64,000 bases of DNA from Actinomycetes bacterium (GTDB lineage Bacteria > Actinomycetota > Acidimicrobiia > Acidimicrobiales > Bog-793): contig JAJZKA010000001.1 in NCBI GenBank assembly GCA_021809805.1, forward strand, positions 15,246 through 79,245, in the 5' to 3' direction. The number at the start of each line of letters is the position of its first letter. Within the stretch, counting starts at the first letter, position 1. The notes under the pieces are model-generated. The model was not told the DNA's origin and did no database searches. It saw nothing but the letters and a program-made list of their open reading frames with translations. This document shows, in pieces, positions 54,367 through 63,206 of the stretch. Made by a program: the position numbers and the translations under genes.

Positions 54367-56124
54367 TCAGCTGCCGAGTGCTGCCTGGGGGTCAACCACC
54401 GCCTGGCTCTCGCCGGCCGGTTCGAGGTCGCGCGCACGCGTCCGGCGCATCCGCGGCAGGGCCACCGAGGCCATTCCGGCGACGACCATGGCGGCGATCG
54501 CGAAGTCGAAGGCCTCGTGCAAGCCGTTGCGGAAGGGACCCGCGATCAGCCGCGGGAAGAAGGAACGGCCGGTCAGGTAGGCGACGTGCGCGGGGGAGAG
54601 ATGTCCGAGCACCCCGGAGGGCCCGAGGAGGCTCTGGATCGGGTTATAGCCGAGGAAGGCGCCAAAGACGGACGCGGTCGGCGGCAATGCCGCAAAAGTC
54701 CGCGCCGCCTTTGCCGGGACGCCCTGGGCGACCAGGCCGCTGTAGAGGCTGTGGGGCAGCGACGAGGCGAGGCCGGTGATGATCAAGGTGAAGAAGATGC
54801 CCATGGACAACACCATCGCCGCGTTCTGCGCGGTCGTCGTCATGCCAGCGCCCTGGCCGCGTTGGGCTGCCGGCAGGCTGTTCATCACGCCCGCCCGGTT
54901 CGGTGAGGCAAAGATGCCCATCGCAAGGCCGTTGACGAACAACAAGAGCGCGAAATCGCCGTAGTGGAAATTGATCGGCAACACTTCGAGGCCGACGAAG
55001 CTCGCGGCGGCGAGCGCCATGCCGCCGGTGGCGAAGGGCCGAGGGCCGAAATGATCCGAGAGGTAACCCGAGATCGGCCCCGCAAGCAGGAACCCACCGG
55101 TCAAGGGCAGCATGTAGATCCCCGCCCACAACGGCGTTCGGGCAAAGCTGTAGCCGTGCTGGGGCAGCCAGATGCCTTGGAGCCAGACCACCAAGATGAA
55201 CATCAAGCCACCTCGTCCGAGCGCGGCGAGCAGGCTGGCGACGTTGCCGAGGGCGAAGGTCCGGTTGCGGAACAGCGAAATCTTGAACATCGGCGCGTCG
55301 ACCTTGGTCTCGATGATGACGAAGGCCACGAGCAACGCGACGCCACCGCAGAGCGCGACGAGGACGCGAGGGCTTGTCCAGCCCATGGTCGAGCCACCGT
55401 AGGGTTCGATGCCATAGACGATGCCGACGAGCACCGCGACCAGGCCAACGGCGAAGGTGACGTTGCCGAGCCAGTCGATCTTCGCCGGCGTGCGCACGCC
55501 GTGATCTTTTAAGTTGATATAGCCCCACACCGTCCCCGCGATCCCGACGGGAACCGAGATCAAAAAGACGAGGCGCCAGTCGACGGGCCCGAGCAGGCCA
55601 CCGAGCACGAGGCCGATGAAGCTGCCGCCGATCGCCGCGATCTGGTTGACGCCGAGCGCGAGGCCGCGCTGATTCGGCGGGAACGCGTCGGTGATAATCG
55701 CCGAAGAGTTCGCGAATAAAAGTGCGCCACCCACGCCTTGGAAGATCCGCATCACGATCATGAAGATCGCCGCTGCCGCGCCGTGCATCCAGGTGATGGA
55801 GAGCAGGATCGAGAAGAAGCTGAAGACAGCGAAGCCGAGGTTGTACATCCGTACCCGGCCGTAGATGTCGCCGAGGCGACCGAAGCTGACCACGAGTACG
55901 GCGGTGACCACCATGTAACCCATCAGCATCCACAAGAAGTAGCTCGTGTTGCCCGGCGCGAGCGGGTTGAGCCGGATGCCCCGGAAGATGTCGGGGAGTG
56001 AGATCAGCACGATCGAGGAGTCGATCGTCACCATCAGCACCCCGAGCGTCGTGTTAGACAAGGTGGACCATTTGCCGCGGTAATGGTCTTGCCCCTCCAC
56101 AAGGACGCTCGCGCGCGGGCTCAT
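54367..56124 (-). CDS. MFS transporter, 14-TM DHA2/EmrB-like
   Basis: Many TM segments. LGDIYGR and the LPxxxGxL pattern are typical of drug:H+ antiporters. Confidence 0.9.
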   Translation of the reverse strand: MSPRASVLVEGQDHYRGKWSTLSNTTLGVLMVTIDSSIVLISLPDIFRGIRLNPLAPGNTSYFLWMLMGYMVVTAVLVVSFGRLGDIYGRVRMYNLGFAVFSFFSILLSITWMHGAAAAIFMIVMRIFQGVGGALLFANSSAIITDAFPPNQRGLALGVNQIAAIGGSFIGLVLGGLLGPVDWRLVFLISVPVGIAGTVWGYINLKDHGVRTPAKIDWLGNVTFAVGLVAVLVGIVYGIEPYGGSTMGWTSPRVLVALCGGVALLVAFVIIETKVDAPMFKISLFRNRTFALGNVASLLAALGRGGLMFILVVWLQGIWLPQHGYSFARTPLWAGIYMLPLTGGFLLAGPISGYLSDHFGPRPFATGGMALAAASFVGLEVLPINFHYGDFALLLFVNGLAMGIFASPNRAGVMNSLPAAQRGQGAGMTTTAQNAAMVLSMGIFFTLIITGLASSLPHSLYSGLVAQGVPAKAARTFAALPPTASVFGAFLGYNPIQSLLGPSGVLGHLSPAHVAYLTGRSFFPRLIAGPFRNGLHEAFDFAIAAMVVAGMASVALPRMRRTRARDLEPAGESQAVVDPQAALGS

Positions 56125-56264
56125 GGCTGGCGCCCAGGGAGCAAGGCCGGCCAGCGGGGGACTCGCGCATGCAACGTTTCAGGCACGGGGGGCTCCTCCA
56201 AGGGCGCGTCGAACTCCGTGAGTGCTTAGCAAGGCTAGCGGTCGCGGAAAGGGCCCGGTTGCGG

Positions 56265-56316
56265 ACCGAGCCATGTTCGGGCAGTGAGAAACCGAGCCAT
56301 ATTCGGGCAGTCAGAA
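56265..56316. repeat. 26-bp tandem direct repeat x2 with two mismatches
   Basis: accgagccatGttcgggcagtGagaa / accgagccatAttcgggcagtCagaa, ending 15 nt upstream of ATG 56332. Confidence 0.95.
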
Positions 56317-56331
56317 AGGGTGAACCCACCG

Positions 56332-56640
56332 ATGAACGAGCGTGTTATGGCGATCCATTGGACCTTCGAGGCGCGCCCGCGCTCCGAAGGTCCAGCTCGG
56401 ATCTCCTGGCTGGTAGCACTGCAGGTGCCAGAACCCGACACTGATCCGCTGAGCGCGCTGAGGGCGGTGGCACGTCGGCTCAGCCGGGGCGACCCAGCTA
56501 CGTCGACCTTTGAGACGGCGTTGTTCGGAGTGCGCGAGCAGGACCTCGCCGCAGCCGGTCTGCGTCGCCTGAGCGGCGTCGCACACGCCGAGCTCGAGCT
56601 CACCGTGCGCGCCAATGAGCTGGTCGGGGCGGGAACCTGA
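56332..56640 (+). CDS. Hypothetical protein
   Basis: The composition of MNERVMAIHWTFEARPR...AELELTVRANELVGAGT is plausible. No motif recognised. Start uncertain. Confidence 0.35.
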   Translation: MNERVMAIHWTFEARPRSEGPARISWLVALQVPEPDTDPLSALRAVARRLSRGDPATSTFETALFGVREQDLAAAGLRRLSGVAHAELELTVRANELVGAGT

Positions 56641-56872
56641 GCGCCCCGCCACGCTGGGGTCGCCCGCGGAGTGCTTCCCGCTCTTTGGCGCGCCAGCAGC
56701 GCTCCAGGGGGGAGGGAGTGCCCTTCTGGCGTTTTCCGCCTCGCCCCCACCCGAGCTCGAGTGGGCCGCCAGGGCGCTGGGGCTGCCAGTCTCTGCCGTC
56801 GCGGCTATCTGCGCCGTAACGGCAGGTGACGGCGAGCAGAACAAGCAGCGCAGCCATGACGATGAGGACCAT
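56600..56872 (-). CDS. Possible small membrane peptide (MVLIVMAALLVLLAVTCRYGADSRDGRDW...)
   Basis: The N-terminal 30 residues resemble the short 'hydrophobic helix + R-Y/F-G-x-D-S-R' peptides common in Actinobacteria. The remaining 60 codons look non-coding, so the true extent is doubtful. Confidence 0.2.
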   Translation of the reverse strand: MVLIVMAALLVLLAVTCRYGADSRDGRDWQPQRPGGPLELGWGRGGKRQKGTPSPLERCWRAKEREALRGRPQRGGALRFPPRPAHWRAR

Positions 56873-56950
56873 TTGACGAGGATGGGCGGGAGCGCGTTCA
56901 AGGACAAGCAACAAGTTGCCAAAGACTCTTCAGCATGACTTAATGATGCG

Positions 56951-57865
56951 GTGATCGACGTCCGTCGACTGCGGGTCCTAAGAGCCGTGGTTGAATGCGG
57001 CTCGGTCTCGGGAGCCGCCGCCCAGCTCGCGTACACGCCGTCGGCCGTGAGCCAGCACCTGGCCGCGCTCGAGCGCGAGACCGCGACGGTGCTGTTCGAG
57101 CGTGTCGGCCGCGGCGTTCGGGCCACCGACGCGGCCCGCCTGCTGAGTGAGCACGCGGCCACGGTGATGGCGGCGCTCGCCAACGCCGAGGAGGCGCTTG
57201 CCGCGCTCCGAGCCGGCAAGATCGGACGGATCCGCATCGGGGCCTTTGCGACCGCCGGCGCGGCCCTCGTTCCGGGCGCGCTGGCCGCTTTCCAAGACAC
57301 CCACCCTGACGTGCTCCTCGATCTCGCCACCGTCGAGGCGGATGACGCGTTGAGCGGGCTGCGCAATGGGACGATCGACCTTTGCATCACGATCGCCCAC
57401 GCCGAGGAGATTGCGTCCTGTGCTGACCTGGTCTTCGATCACCTCTTGAGCGACCCGTTCCGAGTCGTGCTCGCCCGTTCGCACCCCCTGGCCGACACGG
57501 ACCGGCTCGACCTCGCCGCCCTTTGCAATGAGCGGTGGATTGCGATCACCTCGTCACCTGGCTACTGCCAGGCGGTCGTCGACCAAGCATGCGCGAGGGC
57601 GGGCTACCTGCCCCGCTACCACCTGGACGCCGAGGACTACCAGACCGCACAGGGCTTCGTCGCCGCCGGGCTCGGCGTCGCCCTGGTTCCCATGCTCGCG
57701 CTCGGCACCCCTCACGCCAACGTTGCGGTCGTCCGCGTCGAGGGCCCCGAGCCGGTGCGCGACGTCTACCTCGCCACCCGTCCGGCCGCGCAAGACCTCG
57801 CCGCGGTGCGCTCCATGTCGGCCTGCCTGCGCGAAGCGGCGCGCCTCGCCGTTGCCTCTCGGTGA
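56951..57865 (+). CDS. LysR-family transcriptional regulator
   Basis: RRLRVLRAVVECGSVSGAAAQLAYTPSAVSQHLAALE, followed by a substrate-binding domain. Confidence 0.9.
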   Translation: MIDVRRLRVLRAVVECGSVSGAAAQLAYTPSAVSQHLAALERETATVLFERVGRGVRATDAARLLSEHAATVMAALANAEEALAALRAGKIGRIRIGAFATAGAALVPGALAAFQDTHPDVLLDLATVEADDALSGLRNGTIDLCITIAHAEEIASCADLVFDHLLSDPFRVVLARSHPLADTDRLDLAALCNERWIAITSSPGYCQAVVDQACARAGYLPRYHLDAEDYQTAQGFVAAGLGVALVPMLALGTPHANVAVVRVEGPEPVRDVYLATRPAAQDLAAVRSMSACLREAARLAVASR

Positions 57866-58151
57866 GCTCGACCCCGATCGGGATCGCGCGCCGGAGCCCG
57901 CCCGCGCCGGATCGTTGCGCTACGCCGTGGCGAGATCGCTACGCGGGTCCCGGCGACCAGCATGGCGGGTGTGGACGGCTGCGTCTTTGCGTTCCTCACG
58001 TGGGCGAGCCTGAATCGGTCGAATCCTCGCTCGCGGCCGTTCGCGCCCTGCTCGAGCCGCCCAAGGTGGCGCGCGGCGGGCCCGGCGCGCTCAATCGGGC
58101 CCATCCCGGCGATCGCGCGAACGGGCTCGGCCGGCAGTCGGGGGAGGCGTG

Positions 58152-59666
58152 ATGGAGACCGTCAAAGAGGAATCGGCCGACGAGGTCGTGATGCGACTTC
58201 GTGCAGCGGTCGAATCTGGCCGCACGACAGAGCTTTCCTGGCGCGCCCGTCAGCTCGCAGCGCTCGAGGCGATGCTCGCGGAGTGCTCGGGCGCCATGGA
58301 GGCCGCGATCACCGCCGACATCGGGCGTCACGGCCTCGAGGCCTACCTGACCGAGATCTACGCGGTTGCCCGCGAGGTGCGAGCCCTGCGGCGCAACCTG
58401 TGGCGCTGGGCCCGGACGCGCCGCGTGGCCACGCCGCTGGTGCTGCGCCCTGCACACAGCCGCCTCGATCGCGTCCCGCTTGGCGTTGTCCTGGTCGTCG
58501 GGCCGTGGAACTACCCGCTCAATCTCCTGCTGGCCCCGCTCGCGGCGGCCCTCGCCGCGGGCAACGCCGCGATCCTCAAACCCTCCGAGCACGCCCCGGC
58601 CTGCTCGGCGCTACTCGCCGAGCTCGTTCCCACCTACCTCGGCGGCGATGGGGTGGCGGTCGTCGAGGGCGGCCCGGCGGAGACCGGCGCATTGATCGAC
58701 GCTGGGGTCGACCACGTCTTTTTCACCGGCAGTGCCGCGGTCGGCCGGCTCGTCCTCGAACGCGCGGCACCGCGGCTCACCCCGGTCACCTTGGAGCTCG
58801 GCGGGAAGAGCCCGGTGGTGATCGGCGATGGCGCGGATCTCGAGGTGGCGGCGCGGCGCGTCGCCTGGGGCAAGTTCCTCAACGCCGGGCAGAGCTGCAT
58901 CGCCCCGGATTACGTGCTGGCGCCAAGCCGGGTTGCCCGAAGGTTCGCCGAGGCGGTCGCCGCCGCTGCCGACGAGCTCTACGGCGCGGACCCGGCAGCC
59001 AATCCTGACTATGGCCGGATCGTCAATGCGGCCCACCTCGAGCGCCTTGCCGCGCTGTTGTCCGGACATGGGGGTGAGGTCGTGTCGGGAGGCGCAGTCA
59101 TCGCCGAGCGCCGGTATGTGGCACCGACCATCATCTACGCACCCGATGACCGCGCCCCGTTGATGGACGAGGAGATCTTCGGGCCGATCCTCCCGGTCAT
59201 CCCGATCGAGGGAGAGGGCCATGCCCGGCGCTTCCTCGCGGAGCGTCCCGTCCCGCTCGCCCTGTACTACTTCGGGCGAGAGCGAAACGGCCGTGACTTC
59301 ATCGCCGGGACGCGCTCGGGCACCGCATGCATCAACACCGTGATGCACCAGTTCGCCTCGTCCAAGCTGCCCTTCGGCGGGGTGGGGGAGAGCGGCATCG
59401 GCCACTACCACGGCCGCTACGGCCTCGAGCGCCTCTCTCAGCTGCGTCCTGTGCTCATCAAGGCGCCCCACCCGGACTTCCGCTTTGCGTACCCACCGTA
59501 TTCGGCAACCAAAGAGCGCCTGGTGCGCGCTGGTCTGGGGCTGCTCGCCCGCCCGCCGCACCGCGCTCGGCTCGGGAGCGAGACGGGACCGCCCCCGCGA
59601 CCCCACGACGAGGCGGTGGTGGGCGAGGTACGACACCTCGACGCCCTCGACGGCAGGGACGCCTGA
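58152..59666 (+). CDS. Aldehyde dehydrogenase (class-3-like)
   Basis: GGGGAGG lies upstream of ATG 58152. GNAAILKPSEHAP, FTGSAAVGR, ELGGKSP and catalytic-Cys block GQSCIAPDY. Confidence 0.9.
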   Translation: METVKEESADEVVMRLRAAVESGRTTELSWRARQLAALEAMLAECSGAMEAAITADIGRHGLEAYLTEIYAVAREVRALRRNLWRWARTRRVATPLVLRPAHSRLDRVPLGVVLVVGPWNYPLNLLLAPLAAALAAGNAAILKPSEHAPACSALLAELVPTYLGGDGVAVVEGGPAETGALIDAGVDHVFFTGSAAVGRLVLERAAPRLTPVTLELGGKSPVVIGDGADLEVAARRVAWGKFLNAGQSCIAPDYVLAPSRVARRFAEAVAAAADELYGADPAANPDYGRIVNAAHLERLAALLSGHGGEVVSGGAVIAERRYVAPTIIYAPDDRAPLMDEEIFGPILPVIPIEGEGHARRFLAERPVPLALYYFGRERNGRDFIAGTRSGTACINTVMHQFASSKLPFGGVGESGIGHYHGRYGLERLSQLRPVLIKAPHPDFRFAYPPYSATKERLVRAGLGLLARPPHRARLGSETGPPPRPHDEAVVGEVRHLDALDGRDA

Positions 59667-60041
59667 GCAGGTGGCGGCGGAGCCGGCACCGATTCGGACC
59701 GGCGGGATCGAGCACCCAACGCGTGAGGCCTCGATGATGCCAAGGCCGCCTGGCTGCGACGCTGCGCTCCCGGCGAGCTCGGACCTGCGGGCAATCACGC
59801 GAGAAGCCGGCAACGCCTGAACGCACCAAGGAACCGATCAGTCCGAGGAGATCGGCCAGCCAGTTCACCGCGCGGCGACAGGCTCAGCGGGCCGATGCGC
59901 CAGCCCGGCTCCGAGCGCCCCGCGCCGCTCGCGAGTCGCCCGACGTGGGCGGTTACCCCGGGCGGCGCAGCCCTATTGCGTCGACGCGGACCAACACGGA
60001 GCTCGCGCTGAAACCCTTGTTGAGCTGCCCGCCCCGCGACG

Positions 60042-60383
60042 TCAGGGGAGCCGCCGATCGTGCACTGCGCGCGCCGAGGCCTGTTCCTCCTCACTCAGGG
60101 AGTCGGCACGCACCGGCTTGACGATGCTCCAGTGTCTTGCGACCGGGCACCGCTGGAAGCGCACGAAACCGAGCCGCACGGCCTTCAGCGAGGCGCCCGG
60201 AATCCACAACGTGGTGAAGCGGTGGCCGGCCCGGCATTGGACGATGACATCGCCCGCGGGTCGATACCCCTTGCGGAGGACCGCCGCGCTCTCAATCCCG
60301 ACCGCCGCCGCCACCCCGAACGCGGCCATCGTCTTGCGGCTGAGCCGGGGCTTGGCAACGGGCGCTTGCGTCGCACTCAGCAT
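60042..60383 (-). CDS. Conserved hypothetical small protein (N-terminal anchor + C/H-containing domain)
   Basis: AAGGAGA lies upstream of ATG 60383. Contains VIVQCRAGHRFTTLWIPGASLKAVRLGFVRFQRCPVARHW. Confidence 0.55.
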   Translation of the reverse strand: MLSATQAPVAKPRLSRKTMAAFGVAAAVGIESAAVLRKGYRPAGDVIVQCRAGHRFTTLWIPGASLKAVRLGFVRFQRCPVARHWSIVKPVRADSLSEEEQASARAVHDRRLP

Positions 60384-60397
60384 CTCGGTCTCCTTTG

Positions 60398-60413
60398 TTC
60401 TCGCTAATGAGAA
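60398..60413. promoter_or_regulatory. AT-rich palindrome (TTCTC-N6-GAGAA) in a divergent promoter region
   Basis: ttctcgctaatgagaa, followed by tattattgctc. This is the lowest-GC patch in the window. It lies between the 60383(-) and 60454(+) starts. Confidence 0.45.
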
Positions 60414-60453
60414 TATTATTGCTCTTGGGCCCGTCCCGATAGTGTCCATTGCC

Positions 60454-60993
60454 ATGGCGACCGCTGATCTGCTGTTGCACCCGGTGCGCCTGCGCATCGT
60501 CGAGGCCCTCCTCGGCGATCGGGCGCTCACGACTGCGCAACTGCGTGAGACGCTTCCGGACGTCCCGGCGGCCAGCCTGTACCGCCACGTCGCCCGCCTC
60601 GTGAACGCCGACGTGCTGGCGATCGTGGGCGAGCAACGGGTGCGCGGCGCGCTGGAGCGAACCTATGTGCTGCGCCACCAGGCGGCGATGCTCAGTCCGG
60701 ACGAGCTGCAGGCGATGAGCCCGGAACAGCACCGGCAGGCCTTCATGGCCTTCGTCGCCGGACTCGTGGGCGACTTCGACCGCTACTTGGCGCGCGACAA
60801 GCCGGATCCCTTGCGCGACGGAGTCAGCTACCGGCTCGCGGGGATGTGGCTGGACAACGCGGAGCTGCGCGAGCTCGCGATCGAGCTCATGGCGGTCCTG
60901 CAACCGCGCCTCGCCCAAGGCATGCGCCAAGGCCGCCGACGCTGGATCCTCGGCACCGTGGTCCTTCCTGGTGAGTCGGCCCCCGAGCCGTGA
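60454..60993 (+). CDS. ArsR-type winged-helix transcriptional regulator
   Basis: LLLHPVRLRIVEALLGDRALTTAQLRETLPDVPAASLYRHVARLVNADVL. ATG 60454 chosen. Confidence 0.75.
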   Translation: MATADLLLHPVRLRIVEALLGDRALTTAQLRETLPDVPAASLYRHVARLVNADVLAIVGEQRVRGALERTYVLRHQAAMLSPDELQAMSPEQHRQAFMAFVAGLVGDFDRYLARDKPDPLRDGVSYRLAGMWLDNAELRELAIELMAVLQPRLAQGMRQGRRRWILGTVVLPGESAPEP

Positions 60994-61059
60994 GCCCCCA
61001 TCGCCCTTGGGATGCGCTCGCCTGTCCGAGACGCCGGGAACCTCGGTCACCGCTTCTGC

Positions 61060-61560
61060 CGCTCGGTCCATCGATCGCGGCTCGGCACCTGGACAGGGTT
61101 GGCCTCGCGATGCTCGCCACCCATGCCCGCGCCGGTGCCGCCGCCGGTCGTCTCTTCCACAGCGCAACCATCGAGCGCTGAGCACTCGGTCCGCGTGACG
61201 TCTTGATCGACATCGCGTTCGCCAGGATCTAGGAGTCGCCCGAGCAGCCGACGCCGATGCGGTCGCCGACGGCAAGAGGTTCGACCTCTGCCCCGGTCGC
61301 TGCCACGCTGCCGGCGATCTCAGGGCCGGCCACGGGCGGGTCGCGGACGGTGCCCCAATCGCCCCGAGCGGTGTGGCGCGTTGAGCGCGGGAAACACCCG
61401 GGCGAAACCGACGGGGCGCCAGCTCGTGGCCGCGCTCGCGTCGCGCCCCGAGACGATCACCAACCGCGATGAGAGTCTCGTGCCACCGAGCCGGACCGAG
61501 CTGCCTCGTCCAAGTATCCCCGTGCACGCTCCGCTCGTTGACCGAACCACCGCGACCCTC
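61060..61560 (-). pseudogene. Decayed N-terminal fragment of a zinc-type alcohol dehydrogenase / MDR-family gene
   Basis: A minus-strand frame reads GDWGTVRDPPVAGPEIAGSVAATGAEVEPLAVGDRIGVGCSGDS*, which is the GroES-like P-x-x-x-G-H-E-x-x-G-x-V...GDRV block with the H lost. Related pieces occur in other frames (ETLIAV; CSALDGC...GMGGEHRE). There are several frame breaks and no C-terminal Rossmann half. Confidence 0.4.
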
Positions 61561-61655
61561 AAGAAGATTCTGGGCCTTTCGGGCGCGGGTCGTGCCACCG
61601 CGCTGCCGCGCGGGGTAGGGAAGGGGGGACTGCCATGTGAGCAAGGAGGTACGGC

Positions 61656-61913
61656 ATGGCGAACTCCAGCATCAAAGACCAAGCTCAGTACGAGGCACTG
61701 CGCCGCGACGGCGCGAGCAAGGAGAAGGCCGCCAGGATCGCGAACGCTTCGGCCGACACGTCGCGATCGGCGACCGGGCACCGGGGCGGCGAAACCGGGC
61801 GCTATGAGGAGCACAGCAAGCACGACCTCTACGAAAAGGCGAAGCAGGTCGGTATCGAAGGTCGATCGTCGATGTCAAAGCGGGAACTCATCGACGCGCT
61901 GCGCAATCACTGA
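61656..61913 (+). CDS. Small Rho_N/SAP-like-domain protein (DUF7218-like)
   Basis: AAGGAGG lies upstream of the ATG. MANSSIKDQAQYEALRRDGASKEKAARIAN...LYEKAKQVGIEGRSSMSKRELIDALRNH. Confidence 0.75.
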   Translation: MANSSIKDQAQYEALRRDGASKEKAARIANASADTSRSATGHRGGETGRYEEHSKHDLYEKAKQVGIEGRSSMSKRELIDALRNH

Positions 61914-61929
61914 TCGCCAGCAACGGACC

Positions 61930-61963
61930 GGTCAGGGCGGCAATCGACGGCGCCGCCCTGACC
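61930..61963 (+). terminator. 12-bp-stem hairpin 17 nt after the stop of the Rho_N-like gene
   Basis: ggtcagggcggc-N10-gccgccctgacc. Confidence 0.55.
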
Positions 61964-62071
61964 ACCCCAATGCCCGGCCGCGCGCGAGCAGCTGTTGGGC
62001 TGGCTGAAGGAGGAACAGCGCGTCGAGCACCTCGCAACACGCTCGCCCCGATCGACGTCGCCGCCCTGACC
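61943..62071. repeat. 21-nt direct repeat pair, 108 bp apart
   Basis: atcgacgGcgccgccctgacc (61943-63) and atcgacgTcgccgccctgacc (62051-71). Confidence 0.85.
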
Positions 62072-62466
62072 TGAGCCAGCGTGGCGCCCTCGCGCCTCGT
62101 TCGCGTCCCGACTATTGGGGCCCGCGGCAAGCCACGTCCACGGTGAGGCGGACACGCGAAGGGCGCCGCGCGCCAGTCGATGATCGCGCCCGGCGAGGTC
62201 GCGATTGAGACCGGGCGCGAATTGATCCCCGACGCGATCCCAACCGGGAGCGAGCCTTGGAGAGGCCACCCTCTCTCTCCTCATCGTCACGATCCTGGAG
62301 CGCGCCAGCCCTGTGGCGCTGATCAAGCCCGCGCCGCTGATCTGTCATCATCGCGCCGAAACCGCCGGGCTCTTCCGGCGCAAGCTGCGAAGGAAAACGG
62401 AATCATTGCCCTCAACCGGTCGAGGATCGACTCTTCGCGCGAGATGTCAAACTCGCATTCGACGGC

Positions 62467-62793
62467 GTGAGCTCTGAGGAATTGCCTGCGGTCTTGGCAG
62501 TCGACACCGAGAGCGCCGCCGCGCCGGGGCGAAGGTCATTGCGGACCGTGACGGATATACGGCGGCTCGGCACCAACGCCAAGGTGATTGGTCTCGCGAA
62601 TGTGCCGGGCAAGCTCGGGATTTCCGGCTCGCTCGCACCAACCATCGGCCCGGCGATCACCGCGACGCGGCGCGCCATACACGCCGGCGGTGGCTGGCTG
62701 ATCGAGCTCTTCGGACGGCCGAAGGACCTTGTCGGCCGTGGAGGCTGCACAAAGACTGGCGCGCGCTGCACAAGATCGTTACGATCAACATGA
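62467..62793 (+). CDS. Unassigned ORF or gene fragment
   Basis: The central part (VTDIRRLGTNAKVIGLANVPGKLGISGSLAPTIGPAITATRRAIHAGGGWLIELFGRPKD) is GC3-rich and G-rich at codon position 1. The ends degrade. An antisense frame shares the GC3 signal. Confidence 0.2.
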   Translation: MSSEELPAVLAVDTESAAAPGRRSLRTVTDIRRLGTNAKVIGLANVPGKLGISGSLAPTIGPAITATRRAIHAGGGWLIELFGRPKDLVGRGGCTKTGARCTRSLRST

Positions 62794-62940
62794 AGCAAGT
62801 CGAGAGGGGGTGCCGATGTTGATGATGTTTATGCCGCCGGCCACCTCTGCGCGTTTCGCCCGCTGAATCACCGGCTTCTTCCCCGCCCCGCTTAGGGCCG
62901 TCTTCCCCACGCGGTCGCGCTCCGCGCGCTCGCGTGCCAT
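62785..62940 (-). CDS. Possible 51-aa small protein
   Basis: GGAGA sits 10 nt upstream of the ATG. MARERAERDRVGKTALSGAGKKPVIQRAKRAEVAGGINIINIGTPSRLASC. GC3 is high in the first two thirds. Confidence 0.3.
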   Translation of the reverse strand: MARERAERDRVGKTALSGAGKKPVIQRAKRAEVAGGINIINIGTPSRLASC

Positions 62941-62978
62941 TCGACCGTGATCTCCGGCCTTTTTGCTGAAAGGCACCC

Positions 62979-63206
62979 ATGCATCCCGAACTCCTTCGCG
63001 CCGTCGCGCGCGAGCATGATGCCGCGCGCCTGGCCGAGGCCCGCGCGGGCCTGAGCGCGCGGTCCGCGCCGCCGCGCGCCTCATTGCTGACACAGCGCGT
63101 GCGCAGATATGTCGGTTCCCGCCTGCTCGCTGCGGGAACGCGCGTGTTGGCCGGTTGCGCCGAGACGACCCCGATCCAACCAACCAGCCTCTCGACGAGC
63201 CGATGA
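62979..63206 (+). CDS. Possible 75-aa small protein
   Basis: GAAAGG lies upstream of the ATG. MHPELLRAVAREHDAARLAEARAG...RVRRYVGSRLLAAGTRVLAG resembles a recurrent class of small actinobacterial ORFs. GC3-rich. Confidence 0.35.
   Translation: MHPELLRAVAREHDAARLAEARAGLSARSAPPRASLLTQRVRRYVGSRLLAAGTRVLAGCAETTPIQPTSLSTSR

Noticed and set aside
56311-57390. 359-aa minus-strand ORF
   Set aside because: It is S/A/R-rich and antisense to the LysR gene, whose HTH is clear.
60292-61644. 450-aa minus-strand ORF
   Set aside because: It is antisense to the ArsR-type gene and then runs through the decayed ADH region in a frame without motifs. Only short sub-segments in other frames look ADH-like, and these are reported as a pseudogene instead.
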